This document shows positions 1 through 8,631 of a stretch of 64,000 nt of DNA, one piece after another; position 1 is the first letter of the stretch; each line of letters opens with the position of its first letter. Where the stretch lies: the NCBI GenBank assembly GCA_964429805.1, contig CAYSDH010000007.1, positions 7,923-71,922 of the forward strand, read 5' to 3'. This DNA comes from an uncultured Flavobacteriales bacterium (lineage in GTDB: Bacteria; Bacteroidota; Bacteroidia; Flavobacteriales_D; JABDKJ01). A program made the position numbers and the translations under genes. The notes beneath the pieces were generated by a model, which saw only the letters and a list, made by a program, of their open reading frames with translations, searched no databases and was not told the DNA's origin.

Positions 1-2535
1 TCCATTCTCATTTTCGTCATGAAAAACTACTCCACCTATTCTGTATAGACATGAACCATCATCTTCCACCGCGCTGGCACTATAATTAGATGCTGACTGG
101 TCAGTGCAGCCTTCTTCATAATCACAGGTACCATCATCGAGCACAGCAGCGGGGTCATAGTTTAATGCGGCTGTATCGGTACAGCCTGATTGATACATAC
201 ATGAGGCATCATCGCACGTGGCCGCTGGGTCATAATTATCTGCTTGCGAATCGGTGCAACCGCAATCCGTGTAACAGCAAGAGCCGTCATCAGAAAGAAC
301 TCCGACTTCATAATTACAGGCTGCGGGATCATTACATCCCGAAGACAAATTTGGAAAAAAGGACACCAAAGGTGAGTATGGTGAGTAAGTCACCAGATCC
401 TCTAGTCCATCATCATCCATATCTTCCATGGCCATGCCTGCTCGTAAATGCATTATTTCACTTGCTGCTTCTGGAGCTGCATATGTTCCTGTGCCGGAGT
501 TTTCCAAATAGAACACTTGCACATGCTCTCCTGGATCCATGCCATTAGCCACGCTCGCAGGATTGAGTGCCATCACGAGAATATCGTCAACTCCATCTCC
601 TGAAACATCATGCGTAATGACATCTTGTGGAACTTGAAATTCGACAATAGAATGACTCGTGGTGAAGTTTCCGTTGCCATCGTTTTCCCACCACAGAAGC
701 TCGGGTATTGAGTTATCCATGACCAAATCAATGTCACCATCAGCATCAACATCACTTGGAGAAAAGAAGCTCCAGTTTTGGACAGATAGTTGACTAGCTG
801 AAGTGAAACTGGTGTTATTGATATTCTCAAAGAAAAGGATGCTTTGTCCAACACTTATGAGTAGGTCCTCATCACCATCAGAATCGAAATCGATGACCTC
901 TGTCCCAGAGTAGTAGTTCGCAGTGCTATAGAGAGAAATCGGAGCATCGAAATCTCCCGAAGAATTACCAAGGTAGATGGCTAGTTCATTTTCTGAGTAG
1001 AATAGATAGTAATCATCATTCCCCCATTTAATAATATCTAAAATGCCGTCAGCATTGACATCTTCATACAGCATCTGGTCAAACGAATTAGGCGAACTGA
1101 GTGAGCCTTGCGTCTCGTTATAGGTACCATCTCCATTACTCTGATATAGATAGTAAATCCAAAATGACTCTCCCATAACCAGGAAATCCAAGTCACTATT
1201 TGCATCAGAATCAGTAATCCATGCGTATCGCGAACCTATTTCTGGCTTCTGAATCACTCCAGCAGGGGCGAATGCTTGATCACTTTCTTTATTAAAAATA
1301 CTCACATGTCCATCGTATAATGAACTAACTGCAACATCATTACTACCATCTGAGTCAATGTCGCCAAAGTCGACATGAGTGACACCGTGTGTCGATGAAT
1401 GAGGGCATATGGTAAACTGAGAATAAAATGGAACTCCTTCCTCTTGAGACCTAACATCAACCAAGTCTGTCGCATATTGAGAAGTGATTACCTCTACTTG
1501 ACCATTTAGAGAAAGATCTGCTGTCGATATGTCTGAGTAACGAATGCCATACGTATCTCCAATGAAACTATTTCCATAGGCCGCAGGTTGGTTGTTGATT
1601 TTGCAATTGACGATTGAGTTAAACGTCTGAATATAAAAGATGTCCAAATCGCCATCACCATCTCTGTCTGCAAGAGAAAATGGTCCTGAGGCATTTGTGG
1701 CTGCAGGGGGAGAGCTAAAGAAGCTTCCTCCAAAATTTGGAATAACGAATATCTGCTCTGTATCTGATGAACTGATAACGATATCCTTATCTCCGTTTCC
1801 GTCCATATCAGCCAATTCCAATTCGTCAACACCTTGGGTACTGTTATTGACAAGGCCACCGGATTGGAAAGAGCCACTGGCAGTATTGTGGAATATATCG
1901 ATGCCATCTTGCTCGCTTGAACCAGAAGCAATATCATCAAACCCATCTCCATTCAAATCACCAATCGCCAAGCTATTCACACTCATTGCTTGGTCGCTTA
2001 CTACTACTGGGGTATCAAAATTTCCAAAACCCAAATTGACAAAAAGCCAAATCGAATTGTCTGCAGTGTTGGCCGTAATGAGGTCTACATCGCCATCCTG
2101 ATCAAAATCTACTGCCTGCAGATCGCTTATTCCCATCACTGTAGTTGAAATGAGTGTGCTCGCACCAAACACACCTTCACCATCATTGGGCACCCAAATA
2201 AGGCTATTGGCATCAGCAGAACCTATTATTAGATCTGTGTCATTATCACCATCAAGATCGGCAGCTGCAATAACACTTGGCGAATCCGTTGACTCATGTA
2301 TCAGCCTAGATGGGTTAAACGCATTATTGCCAATATTCTCTGACCAAATGACTCGACCATCATTAGTGGAAGCAATCACCAAATCAGGCAGGTCGTCTGA
2401 GTCGATGTGTGTGGCCAACGTCTGAATCGGCCCGTCAGGAGCCGAGTTTATATCTTGTCTAGCTCCAAAAGTCTGGGCAGACAAGGCGGCAGAACATAAT
2501 ACGGTAAAGGTGAGTAGTATCGGGATTGTTCTCAT
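1..2535 (-). CDS. FG-GAP/VCBS-repeat secreted protein, first 845 codons (3' end lies beyond the left edge)
   Basis: Absent from the supplied ORF track. Hand translation of the minus strand gives ATG at 2535..2533 and a signal-like MRTIPILLTFTVLCSAALSAQ. Many FG-GAP-type acidic loops follow (DLDGDNDTD, DFDQDGDVD, DLNGDGFDD, DMDGNGDKD, DRDGDGDLD, DFDSDGDED, DVDADGDID). I checked all 845 in-phase plus-strand triplets 1..2535 for tta/cta/tca and found none. Confidence 0.85.
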   Translation of the reverse strand, partial: MRTIPILLTFTVLCSAALSAQTFGARQDINSAPDGPIQTLATHIDSDDLPDLVIASTNDGRVIWSENIGNNAFNPSRLIHESTDSPSVIAAADLDGDNDTDLIIGSADANSLIWVPNDGEGVFGASTLISTTVMGISDLQAVDFDQDGDVDLITANTADNSIWLFVNLGFGNFDTPVVVSDQAMSVNSLAIGDLNGDGFDDIASGSSEQDGIDIFHNTASGSFQSGGLVNNSTQGVDELELADMDGNGDKDIVISSSDTEQIFVIPNFGGSFFSSPPAATNASGPFSLADRDGDGDLDIFYIQTFNSIVNCKINNQPAAYGNSFIGDTYGIRYSDISTADLSLNGQVEVITSQYATDLVDVRSQEEGVPFYSQFTICPHSSTHGVTHVDFGDIDSDGSNDVAVSSLYDGHVSIFNKESDQAFAPAGVIQKPEIGSRYAWITDSDANSDLDFLVMGESFWIYYLYQSNGDGTYNETQGSLSSPNSFDQMLYEDVNADGILDIIKWGNDDYYLFYSENELAIYLGNSSGDFDAPISLYSTANYYSGTEVIDFDSDGDEDLLISVGQSILFFENINNTSFTSASQLSVQNWSFFSPSDVDADGDIDLVMDNSIPELLWWENDGNGNFTTSHSIVEFQVPQDVITHDVSGDGVDDILVMALNPASVANGMDPGEHVQVFYLENSGTGTYAAPEAASEIMHLRAGMAMEDMDDDGLEDLVTYSPYSPLVSFFPNLSSGCNDPAACNYEVGVLSDDGSCCYTDCGCTDSQADNYDPAATCDDASCMYQSGCTDTAALNYDPAAVLDDGTCDYEEGCTDQSASNYSASAVEDDGSCLYRIGGVVFHDENENG
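43..339 (-). repeat. Four tandem ~25-aa Cys-rich repeats inside the FG-GAP protein, consensus G-C-T-D-x-x-A-x-N-Y-D-P-x-A-x-x-D-D-G-S-C-x-Y
   Basis: Hand translation gives GCNDPAACNYEVGVLSDDGSCCYTD / CGCTDSQADNYDPAATCDDASCMYQS / GCTDTAALNYDPAAVLDDGTCDYEE / GCTDQSASNYSASAVEDDGSCLYRI, followed by GGVVFHDENENG at the window edge. Confidence 0.75.
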
Positions 2536-2626
2536 GGCGTTAAAGGTTGTTATACTTTTAAATATAACATTTTCACCACGAAAGCAGAAAAGATAACGTG
2601 TAAAGCCATTAACAACCTTACTACCT

Positions 2627-3322
2627 CTACGTTGTCTTTTCCTCCCTCAACTGCTCGACCATTCCTGACACGATGAGCAACTGTGCTAGGCCATAGCTGG
2701 CGAGCACCAAGGCTTGGGAATGAGGCAGGTCGTCTATAAACTTGTTCCAAGCCAACAAGGAGTCTGACGCGACAAATAACAGCGCGCCAATAGCTACCCA
2801 TAAAAAGCTCTTGTAGCCCACTTTCAGTTGTCTATTAAAGGCCAGAATGAGCATGAGCGTGATAGTCGCCATGTAAATCGTGAGAGGTAGTAAGATGTCT
2901 CTGGCTACGGGTTGAAGTTGCTTCCACATCCAAAAGGCAAAGAGCCCAGAGAGAAACATGAACCAGGGGTGTCTTCTAATAAAACTGATCTCAATCAACT
3001 CGATGCTCTGCTTCGTAAACAGCACACAGTACATTGCGTGAGCAAGCAAAAAAGCACCAAGGCCCAGCATAAACGTTTGGTCCGTTTCTACCATCATAAG
3101 CGCTATGTCACCGCACATGGAGAGGACAATAGCAAGCATCAGCATCCACTTCAACCATGTGCCAATGCCGCGAGTAAACGCCAGCACATAGACCAAAAGC
3201 GAAGCCATAATGGCCGGTTTGGCAGTAAGGTGAATCATCGGGATATCCCAACGGTAATAGCTACCGACTATCGCAGTGACTAGTATGAGTAAGAAAATGA
3301 CTAGAAAAGATCGACTCCTCAT
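2627..3322 (-). CDS. YhhN-family (lysoplasmalogenase-like) polytopic membrane protein
   Basis: 231-aa ORF, hydrophobic throughout with multiple TM segments. CGDIALM and LGAFLLAHAMY segments resemble YhhN/TMEM86-family proteins as I recall them. It starts 2 nt after the upstream gene's stop. Confidence 0.65.
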   Translation of the reverse strand: MRSRSFLVIFLLILVTAIVGSYYRWDIPMIHLTAKPAIMASLLVYVLAFTRGIGTWLKWMLMLAIVLSMCGDIALMMVETDQTFMLGLGAFLLAHAMYCVLFTKQSIELIEISFIRRHPWFMFLSGLFAFWMWKQLQPVARDILLPLTIYMATITLMLILAFNRQLKVGYKSFLWVAIGALLFVASDSLLAWNKFIDDLPHSQALVLASYGLAQLLIVSGMVEQLREEKTT

Positions 3323-3324
3323 TT

Positions 3325-4236
3325 CTACTTGATGATGAAGAATCCGTCAGTACCTTCTTTCTGATAGAGCGGCATAAAGATGCGGCCATCATGCTCAGAC
3401 ACGATTTCACCGTGAACGTCTTGAGCCAAGACCTCTCCCTTTTTGATGGTCTGAAAGTTTTCGAAACCTGGCTTCATGGCAAATTCTCGCTCCGGGCTCA
3501 CCACTTCTCTGTGCACTACCTTAAACAGGTTCTCATCAAGGCCTTCGTCTAGCGCATTCCAGCTTATGGCCTGAGTCATGTCTAACTCTGCCAGCACCTG
3601 CTTCACAAAGCAACGATGGTTGCGCACCGCATTTGGACTACTATGCTGACCCGCCTCAAATGCCACAGACACATGCCCTTTGGCACTGGCGTAGTTTAGT
3701 AAAGGCCCTTCGATGTATTCTTCGATACCAAGCACTGCTGGTATGTTAAATTTCTTGACAAAACCACGGTTTGCCGCAGTGTCGCTGACACTCATAAAGG
3801 GCATGCTCTCGCCAGATGTTGTGTGCAGGTCTATGAAGTAGGTCTCTTGGTCGCCATTCATAAATTCCTTCATGTGCGAGAGGAGTTCGACTTGCTCTGC
3901 AGATTCTGCCCAGTTCATCTCTCCATTGAGCTCCTTGCGCGTTAGCTTACTTATGCGCTCTTCTGTCCATAGTCTATTGAGGTCTCGGTCCATAAACCTG
4001 CGGCCTGACTCAAGGGCGCTCATATTGCCTATCAGAGCAAGTATCTCACCTTTGATGTGTCTCGATTCTAGTCGAGCTAAGACTTCTTGGAGGGCTATTA
4101 TTCCGGAAGGTTCGTTGCCGTGTATGGCTGCAATAAAGACTACCCGCGGACCCGGCAAGTCACCCTTGATGTGGGCGATGACACGCTCTGTCTCAATCCT
4201 CAACGGACCGTAAGAAAAACTGCAACTCTTGTTCAA
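3325..4236 (-). CDS. Succinylglutamate desuccinylase/aspartoacylase (AstE/AspA) family Zn-dependent deacylase
   Basis: 303-aa ORF. N-terminal VVFIAAIHGNEPSG (HxxE zinc motif) and a later DLHT match the AstE/AspA pattern. TTG start overlaps the upstream stop (TTGA). Confidence 0.75.
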   Translation of the reverse strand: MNKSCSFSYGPLRIETERVIAHIKGDLPGPRVVFIAAIHGNEPSGIIALQEVLARLESRHIKGEILALIGNMSALESGRRFMDRDLNRLWTEERISKLTRKELNGEMNWAESAEQVELLSHMKEFMNGDQETYFIDLHTTSGESMPFMSVSDTAANRGFVKKFNIPAVLGIEEYIEGPLLNYASAKGHVSVAFEAGQHSSPNAVRNHRCFVKQVLAELDMTQAISWNALDEGLDENLFKVVHREVVSPEREFAMKPGFENFQTIKKGEVLAQDVHGEIVSEHDGRIFMPLYQKEGTDGFFIIK

Positions 4237-6146
4237 ACCTTTACCTTAAGGCTGCGAATATCACTTTTCGTGATGATCCCTACAAGTTGCTTGTCCGCTA
4301 CCACAGGAAGGCTACTGAATCCGGTGGAGTCCATGGTTTCTCTGGCTTTTTCGAGCGAACACTCTGGCCCAATCCGCTCATTGTCTTTTTTCATGAATTC
4401 TTGCACCACCTGATCATCACGGTCACGCATGTCGCATTGCCCTAGTGAGATAATGCCGACTAACTCTCCGCGCAAGTCTTCTACAGGTAGTGTAGTGAAG
4501 TCATGCCACTTCATAAGTTTCTCTGCAAACAGTAACAAGTCATCTTCACGCACGGTGATTAGGCTTGATGTCATGACGCTATCTACGCGCTCATATCGTG
4601 CAGGAATTTGATGCAATACTTTACTCTCTGCCAAGTCCCACTCATGGACTGGCGACCCGCTTCGCTCCAGGTCATGCATGGCCTGCGTGATGATCAGTGT
4701 GCTCTCATCGACACTGTGGTCGTGACGCAGGTTTCTAAGACTATCAATAATCCAGTCTGCACCTGTTCGTTTTCTCAGCGTGCGCTCTTGTATGGTGTTT
4801 AGGTATGGCCCGTATTCTTCTGAAGGCACACCCATGCGCTTGAGCCCTTCTTCGCTCTGGGGTATGAGCACGTCAGTGATCAGTTTGTGGGTGTCATAGT
4901 TCTTGCCAAACCACTTAAACTCGTTAGACAGTCCATTTCGGGCAGCCTTCAAAAAATTGCTTCTTACATCTTGAAAAGAGAAGTGCTTTTCCCAATCACC
5001 GCGACTCGTTTCAGGCATATTGACCATCAGGCCTGCCCAAAATGCGGTGTTGGCCATTTCATCATGCGCAGTCGGTCCAGAAGGCACGTATCGATTCTCT
5101 ATTCTGAGGTGCGGTATTCCTCCACCAACACCATAGCAGGCACGATTCCACTTGTAAATGGTCCCGTTATGCAGGTTCATGGCCATGAGGTCAGGCACAC
5201 CTCCATTTTTCAGCACATCTAAAGAATTCTCTGAGATTGAAGCTGAAATAATGAGGTCGTACAACGACACATCGTCTTTAAATATTTGAGCAGCCGAGTC
5301 GTGCAGGTACTTGTGTCCAAAGGCCACGCGGGGCTGACGATCGCGTATGTAGTTGCCCGCGTGTCTGATGTCAATACTTTGTCTGAATAGTGCTATGCGA
5401 GTTTCGCTCCACAGCTCTTTGCCAAGCAGAATGGGTGAGTTGACAGAGGCCGCCAAGACTGGCGCGCTCACTATTTGCGACCAATTATACTTGTCGGTAA
5501 ACTCGTCTGGATCACATTGAAGGTGAATCTGGAAACTGGTATTGCAGGCTTCAAAAAGGATGCTGTCATGACGCAGCGACACCTCATCCACTCCCTCAAT
5601 GTTTAAGACAAAATCCTCTCCTCGATGTTCTTTCATCGTCTTGTCCAAGATCTTGTATCTCGGATTTGGCGACATATATTTGAAGTCAAGCTCACTCTTG
5701 CGGATGGTCGGTAAAATACCGGTCAAAATCACTTTATTATCTAATTCCTTCGCCTTCTGATTAGCCAAGTCTAGCAAGTGATTAAGTTGACCCTCCATCT
5801 TGCTGAAGCAACCTTTGGTAAACTCATATGGGTCTAGATTAATCTCAAGATTCCACTGCGCGAGCTCAGAGGTGAAGTGCTCGTCTGTGATTCCTTCAAG
5901 TATACTCGGGCCAGTCATGGCTGGTCTAAGGTCTGGACCAACTAAGCAGAATTCTTGCTCGGCACCGAGCCGTGTAATTCCTTTTTCAATCATCCCGTCA
6001 TTGATCATCGTTTCTAATGACTCGATGTCGTCAAGCAGGTGTTTGAGAAATTCCTTCTTCTCTTCTGAGTTTAGTTGACTAATTCGTTGATCTCCCATCT
6101 GTCTGGTAATTAATGGTCTGACGTAAATATGAGCAAAATAGGCCAT
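4233..6146 (-). CDS. Carboxylate-amine ligase (glutamate-cysteine ligase family 2 / YbdK-like) fused to a C-terminal CBS-domain pair
   Basis: 637-aa ORF. GAEQEFCLVG, FQIHLQ and HLRIENRYVPSGPT resemble GCS2 active-site strands. The last ~130 aa contain two CBS-like units (LPVEDLRGELVGIIS..., LPVVADKQLVGIITKSDI). Confidence 0.6.
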   Translation of the reverse strand: MAYFAHIYVRPLITRQMGDQRISQLNSEEKKEFLKHLLDDIESLETMINDGMIEKGITRLGAEQEFCLVGPDLRPAMTGPSILEGITDEHFTSELAQWNLEINLDPYEFTKGCFSKMEGQLNHLLDLANQKAKELDNKVILTGILPTIRKSELDFKYMSPNPRYKILDKTMKEHRGEDFVLNIEGVDEVSLRHDSILFEACNTSFQIHLQCDPDEFTDKYNWSQIVSAPVLAASVNSPILLGKELWSETRIALFRQSIDIRHAGNYIRDRQPRVAFGHKYLHDSAAQIFKDDVSLYDLIISASISENSLDVLKNGGVPDLMAMNLHNGTIYKWNRACYGVGGGIPHLRIENRYVPSGPTAHDEMANTAFWAGLMVNMPETSRGDWEKHFSFQDVRSNFLKAARNGLSNEFKWFGKNYDTHKLITDVLIPQSEEGLKRMGVPSEEYGPYLNTIQERTLRKRTGADWIIDSLRNLRHDHSVDESTLIITQAMHDLERSGSPVHEWDLAESKVLHQIPARYERVDSVMTSSLITVREDDLLLFAEKLMKWHDFTTLPVEDLRGELVGIISLGQCDMRDRDDQVVQEFMKKDNERIGPECSLEKARETMDSTGFSSLPVVADKQLVGIITKSDIRSLKVKV

Positions 6147-6179
6147 CTATCAAAGCGTGAAAGCCTGTTCTCAAAAGGA

Positions 6180-6187
6180 TACCTTTG
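6180..6187 (+). promoter_or_regulatory. Candidate Bacteroidota -7 promoter element (TACCTTTG, matches TAnnTTTG)
   Basis: Exact match to TAnnTTTG, ending 18 nt upstream of the 6206 ATG in a divergent intergenic region. Motif match only. Confidence 0.4.
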
Positions 6188-6205
6188 ATCTAAATCTAAA
6201 GAAAC

Positions 6206-6523
6206 ATGATCCTCTATAATGTGACCATCAACATAGACCATGATGTGAAAGCTGAATGGCTGGAGTGGATGAATACCAAACATATACCTGATGTGATGGC
6301 CACAGGTAGTTTTAAAGAGTGTCGCTTGACCAAGGTTATCGCTGATGACCAGGGTGGCGAAACCTACTCGGTGCAGTATCTCTGTGAGAATATGGAGCTA
6401 TACATGGCCTATCAGAAAGACCATGCCCCGGCCCTACAAAAAGAACATAGCGCCAAGTATGAGGGCAAGTTTGTGGCGTTTAGAACCATGCTTGAAGTGA
6501 TGCAGATACATGGTCAGAGCTAA
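6206..6523 (+). CDS. DUF4286-family small protein
   Basis: 105-aa ORF. MILYNVTINIDHDVKAEWLEWMNTKHIPDVMATG matches my recollection of DUF4286 proteins. Overlaps rsmA by 14 nt. Confidence 0.6.
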   Translation: MILYNVTINIDHDVKAEWLEWMNTKHIPDVMATGSFKECRLTKVIADDQGGETYSVQYLCENMELYMAYQKDHAPALQKEHSAKYEGKFVAFRTMLEVMQIHGQS

Positions 6524-7268
6524 AAAACATCTTGGTCAACATTTTTTAGATGACAAGGGCATTGCCAAAGCGATAGTCGACTTGTTGTCTGATGAGTGCA
6601 GCACTGCGCTAGAGATTGGCCCAGGGGAAGGTGTACTCACCGAATTTCTGTTGGAAAGAGAGAACCTGCACACCCATGTAGTTGATGTAGATGATGAGTC
6701 CATCGAGTTTCTGCATGAGCGATTTCCCAACTTAAAGGGCCGTATACATCACGCTGACTTTTTAAAAATGGACCTCAGTCCCTTTGGTGAGCAGGTCGCT
6801 GTAATCGGGAATTTCCCCTACAACATTTCGTCTCAGATTCTATTTAAAGTCTATGAGGATCGAGACCGTGTGCCTGAGGTAGTGGGCATGTTTCAGAAAG
6901 AAGTAGCCGAGCGTATTGCCTCTGGTCCGGGTAAAAAAAGCTACGGTATACTCAGCGTGCTTCTTCAGGCTTTTTACGATATCAGTTATGAGCTAACTGT
7001 GCCCGAGCATGTGTTTAGGCCTCCGCCAAAAGTAAAGTCTGGCGTGATTAGGCTAAAGAGAAATACACGGACAAGCCTGCCCGTAGAACCCAAGTTTTTT
7101 AAAGCGGTGGTGAAAACGGCTTTCGGTATGCGCAGAAAGACTTTACGTAATTCGGTCAAAGGACTACTCAGAGGGCGAGAATTGCCCGAAGAGTTTTTAA
7201 ACGAACGACCTGAGCAACTGGATGTAGACGCTTTTTTGAGGCTCGCAGTTTTTCTAGCTGAGGGGTGA
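6510..7268 (+). CDS. rsmA: 16S rRNA (adenine1518/adenine1519-N6)-dimethyltransferase
   Basis: KKHLGQHFL N-terminus, SAM-binding LEIGPGEGVLT, catalytic GNFPYNIS. Confidence 0.92.
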   Translation: MVRAKKHLGQHFLDDKGIAKAIVDLLSDECSTALEIGPGEGVLTEFLLERENLHTHVVDVDDESIEFLHERFPNLKGRIHHADFLKMDLSPFGEQVAVIGNFPYNISSQILFKVYEDRDRVPEVVGMFQKEVAERIASGPGKKSYGILSVLLQAFYDISYELTVPEHVFRPPPKVKSGVIRLKRNTRTSLPVEPKFFKAVVKTAFGMRRKTLRNSVKGLLRGRELPEEFLNERPEQLDVDAFLRLAVFLAEG

Positions 7269-7391
7269 GAAGGGGTTTTTGAAATGCCGCCTTTATTCCG
7301 GTCCCTTCGACTAGCTCAGGGTCCTAACTTTTGATGTCTGTTTGGGATGGAGGACGGTTCAATGAAAATTAAAGGTGAAGAACTCAAAGAG

Positions 7392-7688
7392 TCAGCCTTT
7401 ATCGTCTATGACCTTTGGCACTTTGAAGTAATAAGAGTCGGCATTTGGCGCATTTTTAAGGGCCTCTTCGCGGCTTGTATCGCTTGTTACCACATCTGGA
7501 CGCAGACGATTGACCTCGTCAGTCATGTAGATGAGTGGCTCAACCTGATCTGTATCTAGCTCGTTGAGTTTATCTATGAAGTCGAGCATGGCATTCATGT
7601 CCGCCTCAATCTGCTTTTTAGCCTCGCCACTAAATTCGAGCTTGGCCAAGGTGCTGATGCGGTCTATGATTTGTTCATCAATCTTCAT
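7392..7688 (-). CDS. gatC: Asp-tRNA(Asn)/Glu-tRNA(Gln) amidotransferase subunit C
   Basis: 98 aa. IDRISTLAKLEFSGEAKKQIEADMNAMLDFIDKLNELDT is the typical GatC pattern. Confidence 0.85.
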   Translation of the reverse strand: MKIDEQIIDRISTLAKLEFSGEAKKQIEADMNAMLDFIDKLNELDTDQVEPLIYMTDEVNRLRPDVVTSDTSREEALKNAPNADSYYFKVPKVIDDKG

Positions 7689-8457
7689 GCTGCGAATTTA
7701 AGGGTTTAGAAAGTCCGCGCTTAACTAGGGGGCCATTAATCACATCATAGACCTTGTCTCTCAGTGGAGCAATATCCATTAGGTCCATGCCCTGAGTGAT
7801 GATGGGCTCGTGAATCTGTATCTCGCACCTTCCGGGACTTGCGGCTGTGGTAAAAGGAAAAGGGTCTCCCAACCTGCGGTGATTATCAAAAAAGGTGATG
7901 GGTAAGATGGGCACCTGTTTGGTCAGCGCCATTTTGAAAGCACCGTTTTTTAAGCGACACATTTGAGGCGTGTCTTCTGGGATTTTTCCTTCTGGAAATA
8001 TGCCAATAGATATGCCATTATCAATGGCCTCCATGGCTTCGTCAAGTGACCTGCGCGCCTCCATGCTATTGTTTCTATTGACTGAAATGTCCGCACCCAT
8101 TTTGAAAAAGATGCCAATCATGGGCCACTTCCTCAACTCCTTCTTCCCAATGAATTTGAACCAGTCTTGCACCGCTACATACATGTACACGATGTCCACA
8201 TAAGACTGATGGTTGATGCAAATGATATATGGACGGTCTCTGGGTATGTGCTCGCGGCCGTGAATCTTAAAGCGTGTAAATATCACAGCGCTCAATATCT
8301 TACACCATAGCACCTTAAACTTAAAGGCGCGCTCATGACGAGACTTGTCTTTGAGCAAATAATAAACATAAGGATAGAACAGCGCATAGAGCAAGAGGAA
8401 CCAGGCCAGCATATAGAGCTTCCACAAATATCTGAATGGGGCAAGGATGTACTTCAT
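7678..8457 (-). CDS. 1-acyl-sn-glycerol-3-phosphate (lysophospholipid) acyltransferase
   Basis: HX4D motif NHQSYVD and FPEGK motif. I place the start at the ATG at 8457 (MKYILAPFRYLWKLYMLAWFLLL, TM anchor). The track's start at 8676 would overlap trpS and adds non-conserved sequence. Confidence 0.8.
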   Translation of the reverse strand: MKYILAPFRYLWKLYMLAWFLLLYALFYPYVYYLLKDKSRHERAFKFKVLWCKILSAVIFTRFKIHGREHIPRDRPYIICINHQSYVDIVYMYVAVQDWFKFIGKKELRKWPMIGIFFKMGADISVNRNNSMEARRSLDEAMEAIDNGISIGIFPEGKIPEDTPQMCRLKNGAFKMALTKQVPILPITFFDNHRRLGDPFPFTTAASPGRCEIQIHEPIITQGMDLMDIAPLRDKVYDVINGPLVKRGLSKPLNSQHED

Positions 8458-8603
8458 AGAGCTGTGGGGCGAAAATACAATTCCGCCACTGATGAAGACT
8501 AAACAAATATGATGTGTCAATAGCACATCATGAGCAAGGTAGTAGGATTGTCTGCGCAGAATTATTCTTTTACCGCGTCTCGATGCTATGGCTTGAGTCC
8601 TCT

Positions 8604-8611
8604 TATATTTG
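8604..8611 (+). promoter_or_regulatory. Candidate -7 promoter element (TATATTTG)
   Basis: Exact TAnnTTTG match ending 20 nt upstream of the trpS ATG at 8632. Supports that start over the track's 8530. Confidence 0.4.
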
Positions 8612-8631
8612 ACCTCAGAATAGACAACAAA

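Noticed and set aside
90-2425. Five track ORFs (90..548, 573..854, 1506..1952, 1640..2101, 2150..2425), 91-153 aa each
   Set aside because: All lie inside the 845-codon minus-strand FG-GAP reading frame. They have low-complexity, family-less translations and are shadow ORFs.
7300-7375. tRNA-like fragments: TAGCTCAG (7312..7319, D-loop-like) and GGTTCAAT (7356..7363, T-loop-like) in the rsmA/gatC convergent spacer
   Set aside because: I could not build a cloverleaf. The sequence flanking GGTTCAAT does not pair into a T-stem (GGACG vs GAAAA), and no acceptor stem is complementary. This is a chance resemblance or a very decayed remnant.
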